From Alphaproteobacteria bacterium (GTDB lineage: Bacteria; Pseudomonadota; Alphaproteobacteria; UBA2966), in contig OZ219857.1 in NCBI GenBank assembly GCA_964291395.2, forward strand, positions 96,001 through 160,000: a DNA stretch of 64,000 nt, given 5' to 3'. Within the stretch, counting starts at the first letter, position 1, and every line of letters starts with the position of its first letter. The position numbers and the translations under genes were made by a program. Below, piece after piece: positions 18,927 to 30,860 of the stretch. Below the pieces are notes generated by a model, which saw only the letters and a program-made list of their open reading frames with translations, had not been told where the DNA came from and did not search any database.

Positions 18927-20795
18927 ATGACGAATACCGCGACCGCGACCGGGGGAGACACCCCCGAACTCAAGGAGAGTTTCGCCTCCCTTCTCGAGGA
19001 ATCCTTCGGCAACAGAGATGACCTGGTCGGCACGGTAGTCGTCGGGACCGTGATCGCCGTCGAAAATGACATGGCGGTCGTCGACGTCGGACTGAAGTCG
19101 GAGGGTCGGGTTCCTCTCAAGGAGTTCTCGGTTCAGGGCCAACCTCCCGAAATCAGCATCGGCGACACGGTCGAGGTCTACCTCGAGCGCATGGAAAACG
19201 TCCACGGCGAGACCGTACTGAGTCGGGAAAAGGCGCGGCGTGAAGAAGCTTGGGAAAAACTTGAGGACGCATTCGCCAAGGATCAACACGTGAGCGGCGT
19301 CATATTCGGCCGGGTCAAAGGCGGGTTCACCGTTGATCTCTCCGGCGCCGTGGCGTTCCTGCCGGGCAGCCAAGTGGACGTGCGCCCGGTCCGTGACATC
19401 GCACCGCTGATGGGCCAGCCTCAGCCTTTCCAAATTCTCAAAATGGACCGCCGGCGGGGCAACATCGTGGTATCCCGCCGCGCCGTCCTGGAAGAGGCAC
19501 GTGCCGCCGAGCGCCAGGAACTCATCGCAAACATTCACGAAGGCCAGGTTCTCGACGGTGTCGTCAAGAACATCACCGACTACGGCGCATTTGTCGACCT
19601 GGGTGGTGTCGACGGACTTCTCCACGTCACCGATATGGCTTGGCGGCGAATCAACCACCCGAGCGAAGCCGTGCAGATTGGCCAGACCGTCAAAGTGCAG
19701 GTCGTACGGCTGAATGTCGAAACGCAGAGGATCAGCCTTGGCATGAAGCAGCTCGAGGCGGATCCGTGGGACGGTGTCGAAAGCAAGTATCCGGTCGACA
19801 TGAAGCTCAAAGGCCGCGTGACCAACATCACGGATTACGGCGCGTTTGTCGAGCTGGAACCGGGAGTTGAGGGATTGGTGCACGTCTCGGAAATGAGTTG
19901 GACAAAGAAGAACGTCCACCCGGGCAAGATCGTGTCCACGAGCCAGGAAGTCGAGGTCATGGTCCTCGACGTCGATCCCGTGAAGCGCCGCATCAGCCTA
20001 GGCATCAAGCAATGCAAGGAAAACCCGTGGGACGAGTTCCATGCTCTTCACCCCGAAGGCAGCGAAGTTGAAGGCGAAGTGAAGAGCATTACCGAATTTG
20101 GCATTTTCATCGGTTTGACCGGAGATATCGACGGCATGGTCCATCTTTCGGATCTGGATTGGGACCGTCCCGGCGATGAAGTGATTGGGCAGTACAACAA
20201 AGGCGACGTCGTTCGAGCCAAGGTTTTGAGCACCGACGTCGAAAAGGAGCGGGTCGGCCTCGGTATCAAGCAATTGTCGGAAGACCCATTCGTGGGAATC
20301 GACAAGCTCAAGAAGGGCGATACCGTAACATGTACCGTCGCGGAAATCGCGTCGGGCGGAATCGAGGTCACGTTCGAAAACGATCTTCGGGGCTTTATTC
20401 GCAAAGCCGACCTGTCGCGGGACCGATCTGAAAAGCGTCCGGAGCGCTTTGCAATTGGCGACAAGGTAGATGCCACGATCACAAGTATCGATCGCACCTC
20501 TCGTCGCGTGACCCTATCGATCAAGGCCTTGGAAATCGCGGACGAGCGCGAAGCAATGGCGCAATATGGATCTTCGGATTCCGGTGCCAGCCTCGGCGAT
20601 ATCCTTGGAGCGGCCATCAGTCGGGCTCGCGAAGAGGCCGAAGCGGCAAGCGAGGACGAGTCGCCGGCCGAGGACACGGCCGTGGCGCAAGATACCGAAC
20701 CGGCGGAGGCCGACGACACTGAGGCGGGCGCGGATGAGCGAACTGCCGAGGAAACGGACTCCCAAACGGCGGAGAAGTCTGCAACCAAGGAATAG
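18927..20795 (+). CDS. rpsA: 30S ribosomal protein S1
   Basis: Repeated S1 domains (NITDYGAFVDL, DGLLHVTD); acidic C-terminal extension. Confidence 0.98.
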   Translation: MTNTATATGGDTPELKESFASLLEESFGNRDDLVGTVVVGTVIAVENDMAVVDVGLKSEGRVPLKEFSVQGQPPEISIGDTVEVYLERMENVHGETVLSREKARREEAWEKLEDAFAKDQHVSGVIFGRVKGGFTVDLSGAVAFLPGSQVDVRPVRDIAPLMGQPQPFQILKMDRRRGNIVVSRRAVLEEARAAERQELIANIHEGQVLDGVVKNITDYGAFVDLGGVDGLLHVTDMAWRRINHPSEAVQIGQTVKVQVVRLNVETQRISLGMKQLEADPWDGVESKYPVDMKLKGRVTNITDYGAFVELEPGVEGLVHVSEMSWTKKNVHPGKIVSTSQEVEVMVLDVDPVKRRISLGIKQCKENPWDEFHALHPEGSEVEGEVKSITEFGIFIGLTGDIDGMVHLSDLDWDRPGDEVIGQYNKGDVVRAKVLSTDVEKERVGLGIKQLSEDPFVGIDKLKKGDTVTCTVAEIASGGIEVTFENDLRGFIRKADLSRDRSEKRPERFAIGDKVDATITSIDRTSRRVTLSIKALEIADEREAMAQYGSSDSGASLGDILGAAISRAREEAEAASEDESPAEDTAVAQDTEPAEADDTEAGADERTAEETDSQTAEKSATKE

Positions 20796-20796
20796 C

Positions 20797-20811
20797 GCGG
20801 ACCGGAGGTCC
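20797..20811 (+). repeat. Short REP-like hairpin GCGGACCGGAGGTCC
   Basis: GGACC-GGA-GGTCC directly after the rpsA stop; identical 15-mer at 60302-60316. Confidence 0.45.
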
Positions 20812-20975
20812 CCTGCCGCAGGCCACAAGGAATGCCGGACTGCAATCGGAAAAATGTCGTTTTCTGAACGACTTACACTTGACGGACTGATCTCGCTTTG
20901 GCACGCTCGGAGCGTATTTTGATGGGCTGGCCCGCCCTCGGGCGGGCCAACGAGTGCTGCGAACGTGGGGCTCCC

Positions 20976-21272
20976 ATGGTCAAATCCGAATTGATAGCGC
21001 GGCTCGCTGAGCTCAACCCCCATCTTTATCAGCGGGATGTGGAGCGAATCGTCAGCACGATTTTTGATGAAATTTCCATGGCTCTCGCACAGGGGGATCG
21101 TGTCGAGCTACGCGGTTTCGGAACGTTCTCCGTCAAGCAACGTCAACCACGGACCGCACGTAACCCACGGACGGGCCAAGCCGTGTTCGTTGGAGAAAAG
21201 CACATTCCGTTCTTCAAGACCGGGAAAGAGCTGCGCGAACGGCTAAACGATTCCAACGTCGCCGACCAGTAA
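20976..21272 (+). CDS. ihfB: Integration host factor beta subunit
   Basis: [40 protein letters not shown]. Confidence 0.96.
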   Translation: MVKSELIARLAELNPHLYQRDVERIVSTIFDEISMALAQGDRVELRGFGTFSVKQRQPRTARNPRTGQAVFVGEKHIPFFKTGKELRERLNDSNVADQ

Positions 21273-21345
21273 CGCTGGGCGACGACAGGCGGGCCCCATA
21301 CCACGGCCGGCCAACGCTGCTGGCCGAGACAAAGGATCCCGGAAG

Positions 21346-21732
21346 GTGAAGGCGCTCTTCTGGCTCCTCTACTTGCCCTTTCTCGTTTTGGCGGCGGCAT
21401 TCGCCGCCGCCAATCGTCATGATGTCGATGTCAGTCTCGATCCTCTACCGTTCGGTCTTGCCGCACCGCTCTTTCTCATCGTCCTCACGTCCGTTCTGAT
21501 CGGACTCATCGTTGGAGGCGTGTCCGCTTGGCTGTCGGGTCGGCGCTGGCGCCGCAGCACACGACAGTTGCGTCGAAGTAACGCCCTGTTGGAAACGGAA
21601 GTGGCCGCCCTACGGGACCAACTCGAAACCGACGCGCCTCCCGTTTCCGAATCTCGGCCACAGGCCTCTCCGGACTCGCCGGGACAGGGCGTGCAGCGCG
21701 GAACGGAACGGGCACAGGGCGACGCTGTGTAA
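21346..21732 (+). CDS. LapA/DUF1049-like membrane protein
   Basis: Two TM helices with FAAANRHDV..SLDP, then a coiled coil; downstream of ihfB. Confidence 0.75.
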   Translation: MKALFWLLYLPFLVLAAAFAAANRHDVDVSLDPLPFGLAAPLFLIVLTSVLIGLIVGGVSAWLSGRRWRRSTRQLRRSNALLETEVAALRDQLETDAPPVSESRPQASPDSPGQGVQRGTERAQGDAV

Positions 21733-21767
21733 AACTCCCGTAAATGCCCGTGCCCCGGGTATGTTTC

Positions 21768-21777
21768 GTGCTATAAC
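21768..21777 (+). promoter_or_regulatory. Candidate extended -10 element for the trpFBA-accD-folC operon
   Basis: GTGCTATAAC (TGn-TATAAC) about 150 nt upstream of trpF. Confidence 0.35.
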
Positions 21778-21923
21778 CGCTCGCCAATTCGGCACCATGG
21801 AAACGCGCTGCCGGGATCAGGATTGGAGGGTCGCCGTCGCCTCTGGCCGTGCGATGACAAGCGCGGAAGACAGGCGACCGGATGATGAGTTACGACCCCA
21901 CCACGGGTGCGTAAGGTTTGAAG

Positions 21924-22571
21924 ATGGGAATCAGCGCGAAAATCTGTGGCCTGAATACACCCGAGTCGATCGACGCCGCCGTTTCCGGCGGCGCCGACTT
22001 CATCGGAATCGTGTTCTTTCCACCCTCGCCGCGTTATGTGGCACCGGACAAAGCGGCGGAACTCGTTCGCGCGGTGCCTTCGACGGTTACCTCGGTCGGT
22101 CTATTCGTGGACGCTTCAGACGACGTCATCGCCGAAACGCTGGAAACCGTGAGTCTGGACATGCTTCAGTTGCACGGAAGCGAGTCGCCCGACCGCATTC
22201 ACGAGCTTGGCGGTAAATTCGGTCTCAAGACCATGAAAGCCATCAAGGTCGAATCCGCTGCTGACATCGGGGCGGTTTCTGAATATGCCGATTCAGCGGA
22301 CTGGCTGTTGTTTGATGCCAAGGCTCCCAAGAATATGGCGAGTGCGCTACCCGGAGGGAATGCCTTGGCATTCGACTGGTACCTGCTGCAAGGTCGGTCT
22401 TGGAAACTGCCGTGGATGCTCTCCGGTGGGCTCAACGCGGACAACGTTTCCGAGGCGGTCTCCATCAGCGGCGCGACGGCGGTAGACGTCTCTTCGGGTG
22501 TGGAAGACCGCCCGGGCAGCAAGAACCCTTCGCTGATCGGGCGATTCCTGGACACCATCAGATCACTCTAA
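21924..22571 (+). CDS. trpF: Phosphoribosylanthranilate isomerase
   Basis: AKICGL, LQLHGSE, LLFDAK, LSGGL, VDVSSGVE. Confidence 0.96.
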   Translation: MGISAKICGLNTPESIDAAVSGGADFIGIVFFPPSPRYVAPDKAAELVRAVPSTVTSVGLFVDASDDVIAETLETVSLDMLQLHGSESPDRIHELGGKFGLKTMKAIKVESAADIGAVSEYADSADWLLFDAKAPKNMASALPGGNALAFDWYLLQGRSWKLPWMLSGGLNADNVSEAVSISGATAVDVSSGVEDRPGSKNPSLIGRFLDTIRSL

Positions 22572-22583
22572 CGGTACGCGTCG

Positions 22584-23807
22584 ATGACAAGTGTATCCGA
22601 GATACCGAACACCTACCGGACGGGGCCCGACGAAGAGGGACGCTTCGGGATCTACGGAGGTCGCTTTGTCGCCGAGACCCTGATGCCGCTGATTCTGGAC
22701 TTGGAAGCAGCCTACGACACCGCGAAGAACGATCCGGAGTTCCAGGCCGAACTCGCCCATTTCAACAGGCATTACGCTGGTCGCCCCAGTCCCCTTTACT
22801 TCGCGGAGCGCCTGACCAAGCACCTCGGCGGCGCACGGATTTATCTCAAGAGGGACGAACTCAATCACACAGGCTCTCACAAGATCAACAACTGCATCGG
22901 CCAGATCCTGCTCGCCCGGCGGATGGGTAAAACCCGTATCATCGCGGAAACCGGTGCCGGACAGCACGGCGTCGCCGCGGCGACCGTCGCCGCACGTTTC
23001 GGGTTTCCTTGCACGGTCTATATGGGCGTGGTCGACATCGAACGGCAGCAGCCCAACGTATTCCGGATGAAGCTGCTAGGTGCTGAAGTGGTTCCCGTCA
23101 CGTCCGGTTCTCGGACGCTCAAGGACGCCATGAACGAGGCGCTCCGGGATTGGGTCACCAACGTCGAATCGACGTTCTACATCATCGGCACCGTCGCCGG
23201 TCCGCATCCTTACCCGGAGATGGTCCGCGATTTTCAATCCGTCATCGGCATTGAGGCCCGTGAACAGGTACAGGCAGCGGAGGATCGTCTTCCCGATACG
23301 TTGGTCGCCTGCGTCGGCGGCGGCTCCAATGCCATGGGTCTGTTTCACCCATTCCTGAATGACGACGGTGTCGAAATCTTCGGGGTCGAGGCGGCGGGCC
23401 GGGGAATCGACACGGGAGAACATGCCGCCAGCCTTACGGCTGGACGCCCCGGAGTGCTTCACGGCAACAGAACCTATCTCCTCCAGGATGAAGATGGGCA
23501 GATTGTCGAGGCCCATTCGATTTCCGCCGGCCTCGATTATCCAGGCATCGGGCCGGAGCACGCGTGGCTCAAAGATGCGGGCCGCGCGACGTATGTGCCG
23601 ATCACGGACGCCGAAGCTCTGGAAGCCTTCCAATTGTGCAGCAGGGTTGAAGGCATTATTCCGGCCTTGGAACCCGCGCACGCCCTTGCTCATGTCATGA
23701 AGATCGCCCCCGAGCGCCCCTCGGACCACATCATTCTCATGAACATGTGCGGCCGGGGCGACAAGGACATCTTCACGGTCGCCGACGCATTGGGAGTGGA
23801 AGTGTGA
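22584..23807 (+). CDS. trpB: Tryptophan synthase beta subunit
   Basis: [13 protein letters not shown] lysine, [23 protein letters not shown]. Confidence 0.98.
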   Translation: MTSVSEIPNTYRTGPDEEGRFGIYGGRFVAETLMPLILDLEAAYDTAKNDPEFQAELAHFNRHYAGRPSPLYFAERLTKHLGGARIYLKRDELNHTGSHKINNCIGQILLARRMGKTRIIAETGAGQHGVAAATVAARFGFPCTVYMGVVDIERQQPNVFRMKLLGAEVVPVTSGSRTLKDAMNEALRDWVTNVESTFYIIGTVAGPHPYPEMVRDFQSVIGIEAREQVQAAEDRLPDTLVACVGGGSNAMGLFHPFLNDDGVEIFGVEAAGRGIDTGEHAASLTAGRPGVLHGNRTYLLQDEDGQIVEAHSISAGLDYPGIGPEHAWLKDAGRATYVPITDAEALEAFQLCSRVEGIIPALEPAHALAHVMKIAPERPSDHIILMNMCGRGDKDIFTVADALGVEV

Positions 23808-24664
23808 CGGCGAACGTCGGTGGCACAGCACGAATCGAGCGGCGCTTTGCCCAACTCGCGAGAGAGAACCGCGCGGGCCTCGTAACTTACGTCATGGCCG
23901 GAGATCCGGATCTCGATACAGCGACCGCCATTCTCGAAGGACTCCCCAGCGCGGGAGCAGACGTCATCGAGCTTGGGATTCCCTTCACCGACCCCATGGC
24001 CGATGGTCCCGCCATTCAGGTCTCGGGACTGCGGGCACTCAAGGCCGGGGTAACCGTCGACCGTGTCCTTGATTCCGTCAGCCGGTTTCGCCGCAAGGAC
24101 TCGAACACGCCGCTGGTTCTGATGGGTTATTACAACCCCATCTATGCATTCGGCCCGAGCAGGTTCCTGGAATCGGCGAAGGAAGCCGGCGTGGACGGGC
24201 TGATCATCGTTGACTTGCCGCCGGAAGAAGATGCCGAGCTTTGTCTACCCACACTCGAAGCGGGGCTGAGCTTCGTCCGGCTGGCTACTCCCACGACAGA
24301 CGATTCACGATTGCCCCGTGTCCTCCACAACACGTCGGGGTTCGTCTATTACGTCTCCATCACAGGCATCACCGGAGCTGCCATTCCCGACCTGTCGCTG
24401 GTTACCGGCGCCGTGGAACGCCTGAAGCGTCACACGTCACTTCCCGTGGCGGTGGGGTTCGGCATCAAAACGCCCGAGCAGGCCGCTACGATTGCCCGGG
24501 GCGCCGATGGAGCGGTGGTAGGCTCTGCCCTGGTGACAACCATTTCCGAGAATCTGGATGCTGACGGCAGGGCAGGAAATGGTCTGGTTGACGCCCTCCT
24601 GACCCGTGTCCAAGACCTTGCCGACGGCGTGCACCACGCCCGCAAGGCGGGGCCGACATCGTGA
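23804..24664 (+). CDS. trpA: Tryptophan synthase alpha subunit
   Basis: [37 protein letters not shown]; GTGA overlap with trpB. Confidence 0.97.
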   Translation: MTANVGGTARIERRFAQLARENRAGLVTYVMAGDPDLDTATAILEGLPSAGADVIELGIPFTDPMADGPAIQVSGLRALKAGVTVDRVLDSVSRFRRKDSNTPLVLMGYYNPIYAFGPSRFLESAKEAGVDGLIIVDLPPEEDAELCLPTLEAGLSFVRLATPTTDDSRLPRVLHNTSGFVYYVSITGITGAAIPDLSLVTGAVERLKRHTSLPVAVGFGIKTPEQAATIARGADGAVVGSALVTTISENLDADGRAGNGLVDALLTRVQDLADGVHHARKAGPTS

Positions 24665-25653
24665 ACTGGCTCACAAACTTCGTCAGGCCGAAACTCCGTG
24701 CGCTCGTCAGCAAACGGGAGACGCCGGAAAATCTCTGGGAGAAATGCCCGAGCTGCGGCCAGATGGTCTTCCATCGGGACCTCCAGGCCAATCACCGCGT
24801 TTGCCCGCAGTGCAACCACCACTTTCGCCTGTCACCCAACGAGCGTCTGACGCAGTTATTCGATGACGGCCGTTACGAACGCATCGAAGTGCCGGAGGTC
24901 GTGGCTGATCCCCTCAAATTCCGCGACTCGAAGCGATATACCGAAAGACTGAAGGAAAGCAGGGCGAAAACGGACGAGCACGAGGCGATGGTCGTTGCGG
25001 TCGGCCACGTCGGCGGCTTGGAGACGGTCATGGCCGCCCAGAATTTCGGATTCATGGGCGGATCCATGGGCCTGGCCGTCGGTGAGGCGTTGATCAAAGC
25101 GGCCGAAGAAGCGATTTCCCGTGACACCCCGCTGGTAGTGATCACCGCCGCGGGCGGAGCGCGCATGCAGGAAGGGATTCTCTCTCTGATGCAGATGCCT
25201 AGATCCGCGGTCGCGGTGGACGACGTCCGGCAGGCGGGTCTGCCATATATCTCGATTTTAACCGACCCGACGACGGGCGGTGTCACCGCGTCCTACGCGA
25301 TGCTCGGAGACATCTCTATCGCGGAGCCGGGTGCGTTGATCGGCTTCGCGGGACCACGGGTGATCGAAAATACGATCCGCGAAAGCCTGCCCGAGGGATT
25401 CCAGAGGGCCGAGTATCTATTGGAACACGGAATGCTCGATCTCGTCGTCCACCGCCGAGATCTGCGCGCGACCCTGGCCCACCTTCTGGCGCTGCTGACC
25501 GGCGTCGAGGCAGCCGGCGATATCCTCCCGCCGGCAGACCTGTCGTTGCGGCCGGTCACGCAGTCGACGGAGTCCTTGACGGCCCTGCCGCCCGGGACAC
25601 ACCTCAACGAGATCGTGGAGGCAAGGGATGGCGGCCGACTGTCAGAGCAGTAG
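24661..25653 (+). CDS. accD: Acetyl-CoA carboxylase carboxyltransferase beta subunit
   Basis: Zn finger CPSC...[26 protein letters not shown]. Confidence 0.97.
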   Translation: MNWLTNFVRPKLRALVSKRETPENLWEKCPSCGQMVFHRDLQANHRVCPQCNHHFRLSPNERLTQLFDDGRYERIEVPEVVADPLKFRDSKRYTERLKESRAKTDEHEAMVVAVGHVGGLETVMAAQNFGFMGGSMGLAVGEALIKAAEEAISRDTPLVVITAAGGARMQEGILSLMQMPRSAVAVDDVRQAGLPYISILTDPTTGGVTASYAMLGDISIAEPGALIGFAGPRVIENTIRESLPEGFQRAEYLLEHGMLDLVVHRRDLRATLAHLLALLTGVEAAGDILPPADLSLRPVTQSTESLTALPPGTHLNEIVEARDGGRLSEQ

Positions 25654-26968
25654 TGTCGTTCTCGACCGGCTGGAAGAGCTTCATCCCAAAAGAATCGACC
25701 TTTCGCTCGGACGGATGGAGCGTCTGCTCGCGGCCCTCGACCACCCCGAAACCCGACTTCCATCGGTCGTTCATGTCGCCGGCACCAACGGAAAGGGGTC
25801 CGTCATTGCCATTTTGCGGGCTGCGCTGCATGCCGCCGGCTACAGGGTCCACACCTATATCTCTCCGCATCTCGTCAACTTTCACGAACGCATAGGCTTG
25901 GCGCGAGGGTCCGGCGGCACTCTCCCCGTCGACGAATCCGAACTGAACGAAATTCTGACGGCGTGCGAAACCGCCAACGGTTCCGCCTCCGTGACGTTCT
26001 TCGAAATCACGACCGCAGCGGCTTTTCTGGCCTTCTCGCGGCACCCGGCTGACATTCTGCTGCTCGAGGTAGGGCTCGGGGGTCGTCTCGACGCCACCAA
26101 TGTCGTTGAGGCGCCCGTCGCCTCGGTCATTACGCCTGTCTCGATCGATCACACGCAATTCCTGGGAACCGATCTCGCCGGGATCGCAACGGAAAAGGCA
26201 GGAATTCTGAAGAAGGGCGCCTCTGCCGTCATCGGCCCCCAAGACGAAGCGGCCCTAAGACCGATCACCGCACGAGCCGCCGAGGTTGGGGCGCCGCTTC
26301 TGAGGTGTGGTTTGGAATGGGATTTTCAAGTGGATGAGAGAGATCGCTCGATTTCGTTGCGGCTGGGGTCCCGCCACATGTTCCTGCCGGAGCCTTCTCT
26401 CCCAGGTTCACATCAATTCGCCAATGCCGCGACAGCGGCGGTGACGTTGTTGTCCTTGCCGGGCTTCGAGGTCGGCGATGACTGTATCCGTCGTGGACTT
26501 CGAGCGGCACATTGGCCCGGTCGCCTGCAGCGCATCCGACGGGGACCTCTGCGAGACCTCATGCCGGGCACCACCGATCTGTGGCTCGATGGCGGACACA
26601 ACGCATCGGCGGGTCGTGCCCTTGCACACACGTTCGCGGCCTGGAGAGACGAGGAGCACACCGTCCGCCCCGTCTATCTGGTTTCCGGAATGCTCAACAC
26701 CAAGGACGTGTCGGCATTCTTCGAGCCATTCGCTGAAGATCGGCTGGTCGAGAGCGTCTATGGGGTACCGATACCCGGCGAGCAGGCAAGCCTTTCGGGA
26801 GAGGACGTGGCGAAGGCCGCCCGGAAGGCGGGGCTCCACTCCCTCGTCACAGACTCTGTGGAACACGCGGTCAAGTTGATCGCCGAGAAGGGCAAGCAAG
26901 CGCCTTCGCGAGTATTGATCTGCGGATCCCTATACCTGGCCGGCAGGATTCTGGCACAGCACAGCTAG
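25628..26968 (+). CDS. folC: Folylpolyglutamate/dihydrofolate synthase
   Basis: [48 protein letters not shown]. Confidence 0.96.
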   Translation: MAADCQSSSVVLDRLEELHPKRIDLSLGRMERLLAALDHPETRLPSVVHVAGTNGKGSVIAILRAALHAAGYRVHTYISPHLVNFHERIGLARGSGGTLPVDESELNEILTACETANGSASVTFFEITTAAAFLAFSRHPADILLLEVGLGGRLDATNVVEAPVASVITPVSIDHTQFLGTDLAGIATEKAGILKKGASAVIGPQDEAALRPITARAAEVGAPLLRCGLEWDFQVDERDRSISLRLGSRHMFLPEPSLPGSHQFANAATAAVTLLSLPGFEVGDDCIRRGLRAAHWPGRLQRIRRGPLRDLMPGTTDLWLDGGHNASAGRALAHTFAAWRDEEHTVRPVYLVSGMLNTKDVSAFFEPFAEDRLVESVYGVPIPGEQASLSGEDVAKAARKAGLHSLVTDSVEHAVKLIAEKGKQAPSRVLICGSLYLAGRILAQHS

Positions 26969-26999
26969 AGCGGTGCAGGTTTCAACCTGAACCGCCATG
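26966..26999 (+). repeat. Palindromic intergenic repeat, copy 3
   Basis: TAGAGCGGTGCAGGTTTCAACCTGAACCGCCATG; begins at the folC TAG stop. Confidence 0.6.
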
Positions 27000-27037
27000 A
27001 AAACGCCTTCTTGAGGTTCTGAACCCATCCGCGACGC

Positions 27038-27358
27038 TCAAAGCTCTCCTTCCAGCCACTCCACGAGCTTGCCCTTCGGCAACGCGCCGACTTTGGTCGA
27101 AGCGACCTCGCCGCCTTTGAACAACATGAGAGTGGGAATGCCGCGAACACCGAACTTAGTCGGTGTCATCGGGTTTTCGTCGATATTGAGTTTCGCCACC
27201 GTGACCCGATCACCCATTTCATTCGCGATCTCCTCCAGAGCCGGCGCAATTTGACGGCAAGGACCGCACCACTCCGCCCAATAGTCCACGAGCACGGGTT
27301 GTTCGGCCCCGATTACGTCGGTCTCGAAGGAGTCGTCGGTGATATGGCTGACGGTCAT
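27038..27358 (-). CDS. trxA: Thioredoxin
   Basis: [16 protein letters not shown]; 106 aa; follows addA. Confidence 0.97.
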   Translation of the reverse strand: MTVSHITDDSFETDVIGAEQPVLVDYWAEWCGPCRQIAPALEEIANEMGDRVTVAKLNIDENPMTPTKFGVRGIPTLMLFKGGEVASTKVGALPKGKLVEWLEGEL

Positions 27359-27443
27359 TGTGCTCTCCGGCATTGGGGGGCGGGCAACAGGTGTGGTGCG
27401 CCGCAACTCGGGATCAATTATGTACGGTCGCCGGTTCCGAGCG

Positions 27444-30400
27444 TCAAGGCGCACGGATCGCCAACGCCTCGGAACTGATTTCCATAAGTGTCGGACCGTC
27501 CGTCCAAAGCAATGCACAACGTATTGTCCTCGTGGGGTAAATCCTCTCCAGGATTCTGCGATAGGCCGCCAGTTGTTGGAGATAGGCCGGGGCCACGTCA
27601 TCCGCCGATCGAGGGGCGGGACGGTCGGATTTGTAGTCCACGATGAGAACCGAGTCCTCGGCCACCACCAGACGGTCGATTTGCGATACGACATGCTCTC
27701 CGTCGATACCCGCGATTGCCACCTCGGCCCTGCTGCCGGGACCGAAGAGCGCCGCAAGGGACGGGTCTTCCAGTACATCCAATGTCACCTCGACGATTTC
27801 CTCTCGTGCCATCCGGTTCCAGCTCATGGAGCGGATTGGACAGGACAGGAGCTCCAGAGCTGCGGACGATCGCTGCGCCGCCGGAATTTCCGGAAGAAGC
27901 TCCAACAGCCGATGGATGAGACGCCCTCTGCGAAACCGCACTCCAGAGTCGGGACCGATAGGTGAGTGGACCGCCGGTTCTGCCTCCTCCGGCCGCGAGG
28001 GCACTAGCGGAGTGGGCGGGGACGGTTCCGGCGGCGGCGGCGTACGTGCCCAAGAGGGCAGAGGCATGTCGTCGTGGGACCGTATTGCCCGTGCGCCCAC
28101 CCTATCCGGCGGGCGGGACTGTTCGGTGCGCAACATCAGGATGTCCTGACCGTTCGGGCCCGCAACGGGTGTGCCGATGTTCTGCATTGCACGTGCGATC
28201 ATGTCGTACCAACACCCGGACGGGCGGCCCTGAACCCCTTCGAACCCGCCGATGTACAGTCGGTCTTCCGCCCGGGTGAGGGCGACGTAGAGCAATCGAC
28301 GGGACTCCTGCTCCCGGCGATGCCGTGCGGCCTCTCGGGCTTTTTGTGCTGCTTCGCCTTCGCGATCACGACGAGCGGGCCAGAGAGGAAGAGTCGGACG
28401 ACCCGTGCCGTCATGAATCCACTGGACTCCGTTGGACTCACGCGAGACCCGACAAGTGTCGGGAAGAAATACGACGGGAGATTGAAGCCCTTTGGCGCCG
28501 TGAACCGTCAATACCCTCACTTCATCACGGCCAAGCTCCAGATCACGCTTAACCTCGGTCTCGCCGGTTGTCACCCATTGCAGGAACCCTTGGAGCGAGG
28601 GTGCATGCAATCGCTCGAACAGCAGGCAGAGGGCGAGAAATTCGTCGATGGGGTCGTTGGCCTGCGGACCAAGCCGCGATACGAGTTTTTGCCGGCCTTC
28701 GCCCGGACCCAGAACGCGGGCGAAAAACTCATAGGGCGGCATGTGGTCCGCCGCCGCCAGAACTTCTTCAAGCGTTTGGACGGTCGCATCGTATGTGAAC
28801 GACCGGTCCCGACGGTCTCGAAGAGCCGCCCACAAACTCTTGCGGCCACGGTCCCACGCGACATCGAATAGCGAATCATCATCAAACCCGAAGAGCGGGC
28901 TCTTCAAGGTTTCGGCGAGGGAGAGATCATCTTCCGGCAGGATGGAAAACCGCCCCAGCGAGATGAGATCCATCACCGGGAGCTGTTCGGTGAGGATCAT
29001 TCGGTCGGTTCCGGCGACGGGAATATCAATCCGTTTGAGGGCATGGACCATCTCCTCCACAAATCCGGCTCTACGCTGCACGAGGATCATGATGTCACCC
29101 GGACGGATCGGGCGGTCTCGACTCTCCAAACGTTCGTCGCGACGCAGCCAGTCGCCGACTTTGGCGGCAATAGTCCGAGCCACACAGACACTCGGCGTAA
29201 GGTCGTGGATCTGCCTGACCGGAGGGTCCCAAACCTCCGGTTCCGGGACGTCGTGAAACCGTTCGGCCGGCCAAAGCTCGACCAGCCCCGCCTGGCCCAC
29301 GCGATGGGGAATATGGTCGATCTCGGTATCGTCGAAAACCAACCCGACGCGCGCCTCCGGCGGCCCGAATACCTCGTCCACCAAAGACAGAATTGGAGGT
29401 GCAGAGCGGTACGAATGGACCAGATCCAATGGCCGCCACGGGTCGCCGGTTCCGGTGACCCGGGTGCCAAAATGATCACGCCACTGGGAGAAGAGATGCG
29501 GATCCGCCCGCTGAAAGCTGTAAATCGATTGCTTGGCATCGCCCACCGCGAATATCGTCCGGCTAGCGTCTCGGGCTCCCATTCCGGCAAAAAATTCTTC
29601 CGTCAGAGATGCAATGACCTGCCATTGCTCGTCGTTCGTGTCCTGGGCTTCGTCGATCAGGACATGATCGAGGCCACCGTCCAGCTTGTAGTGAACCCAG
29701 GACGCGACATCCGGGCGTATCAACAACTGTCTTGCGCGCGTGATGAGATCTTCATAGTCAAGCAGCGCCTGTCGTTGCTTGACCTCCTCGTAAGTGCGCA
29801 GGATGGCGTATCCAAGATGCAGCACGGCCAATGTGTCGGCGGCGGTTTGAGCGTCCCGAATTCGAACAATCGCCGCCTCCAGGCGATTCGCTTCCCCGTC
29901 CAACAAAGAGGCGGCGTCGTTGGGTGCCATTTTCAAGGCCTCCTTGTGGATGAGATCCACTCGCCGAGTGCCCTGCTTGGTGAAGAATGCCGAAACGTAC
30001 GTGGGAAACAGCTCCACCCGTCTTTCCGGGTTCTCGAGCCACTCGCTGATCAGAGCACCATGCCGGCGATCGGTCTTCCCACCCACCAACATGGCGTCGG
30101 CCACCGTGCGCAACCTCTCGGCCAAGGGGCTCGCAAGATCGCTCGCCGCGGCGGTGATGGTCGCCTCGTCTTCATCAGCATCCAACCCAAGCGCTTCGCG
30201 AATGGCCGCGGAAACCGCAGGAAAAGAGGTATCGAACCGACTGAAGAGTTCCTCCAGTCGGGAGCGCTCGGCGGTCAATTCCCGCGCCACATCATCGAAC
30301 CGATCCTCTGATACCTGAGCCGTCAGATGGTGGAGAGAGCCGGCAAGTGCCCCATCGGCTCTCGCCTGAGTGAGAACGTGATCCCGCGCCTCGTTGAGGA

Positions 30401-30860
30401 GTTCCGCGGATGTCCGCTCATCGATCACCGAAAAATGGGGCGGAATTCCGGACTCCAGAGGGAACCTCGCCAACAACGACTCACAAAATGCGTGGATCGT
30501 TTGAATCTTGAGGCCGCCCGGCACATCCAGCACGCGCGCGAACAACTGTCGGGCCCGTTCCAATTCATCGCTTGTCGGTACCCGTCCCGTCAATCCTTCG
30601 AGCGCACCATGGAGCTCCGTATCCTCGCAAATCGCCCAGCGCGAAAGATCACCGTGAAGCCGGTTCGCCATTTCGGCCGCCGCAGCACGCGTGAACGTCA
30701 AACAGAGAATCCGACCCGGAAGCGTATCGTCCAAGAGGAGACGCAACACACGATCGGTGAGTACGCGCGTCTTGCCCGTTCCCGCGGATGCCGCCACCCA
30801 CACGGACGATTTGGGATCGGATGCCGCGATTTGCCGATCCGTGGCGCTATGGATACTCAC
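27444..30860 (-). CDS. addA: Double-strand break repair helicase/nuclease AddA
   Basis: [39 protein letters not shown], nuclease IDRL...VDYK; GTG start overlaps the addB stop. Confidence 0.95.
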   Translation of the reverse strand: MSIHSATDRQIAASDPKSSVWVAASAGTGKTRVLTDRVLRLLLDDTLPGRILCLTFTRAAAAEMANRLHGDLSRWAICEDTELHGALEGLTGRVPTSDELERARQLFARVLDVPGGLKIQTIHAFCESLLARFPLESGIPPHFSVIDERTSAELLNEARDHVLTQARADGALAGSLHHLTAQVSEDRFDDVARELTAERSRLEELFSRFDTSFPAVSAAIREALGLDADEDEATITAAASDLASPLAERLRTVADAMLVGGKTDRRHGALISEWLENPERRVELFPTYVSAFFTKQGTRRVDLIHKEALKMAPNDAASLLDGEANRLEAAIVRIRDAQTAADTLAVLHLGYAILRTYEEVKQRQALLDYEDLITRARQLLIRPDVASWVHYKLDGGLDHVLIDEAQDTNDEQWQVIASLTEEFFAGMGARDASRTIFAVGDAKQSIYSFQRADPHLFSQWRDHFGTRVTGTGDPWRPLDLVHSYRSAPPILSLVDEVFGPPEARVGLVFDDTEIDHIPHRVGQAGLVELWPAERFHDVPEPEVWDPPVRQIHDLTPSVCVARTIAAKVGDWLRRDERLESRDRPIRPGDIMILVQRRAGFVEEMVHALKRIDIPVAGTDRMILTEQLPVMDLISLGRFSILPEDDLSLAETLKSPLFGFDDDSLFDVAWDRGRKSLWAALRDRRDRSFTYDATVQTLEEVLAAADHMPPYEFFARVLGPGEGRQKLVSRLGPQANDPIDEFLALCLLFERLHAPSLQGFLQWVTTGETEVKRDLELGRDEVRVLTVHGAKGLQSPVVFLPDTCRVSRESNGVQWIHDGTGRPTLPLWPARRDREGEAAQKAREAARHRREQESRRLLYVALTRAEDRLYIGGFEGVQGRPSGCWYDMIARAMQNIGTPVAGPNGQDILMLRTEQSRPPDRVGARAIRSHDDMPLPSWARTPPPPEPSPPTPLVPSRPEEAEPAVHSPIGPDSGVRFRRGRLIHRLLELLPEIPAAQRSSAALELLSCPIRSMSWNRMAREEIVEVTLDVLEDPSLAALFGPGSRAEVAIAGIDGEHVVSQIDRLVVAEDSVLIVDYKSDRPAPRSADDVAPAYLQQLAAYRRILERIYPTRTIRCALLWTDGPTLMEISSEALAIRAP

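Noticed and set aside
20855-20876. GTCGTT..AACGAC palindrome / IHF-like site before ihfB
   Set aside because: Only a partial match to the IHF consensus; cannot be supported further
27359-27778. 140-aa N-terminal extension of the thioredoxin ORF
   Set aside because: Mostly overlaps the addA 3' end in another frame; normal TrxA starts at 27358
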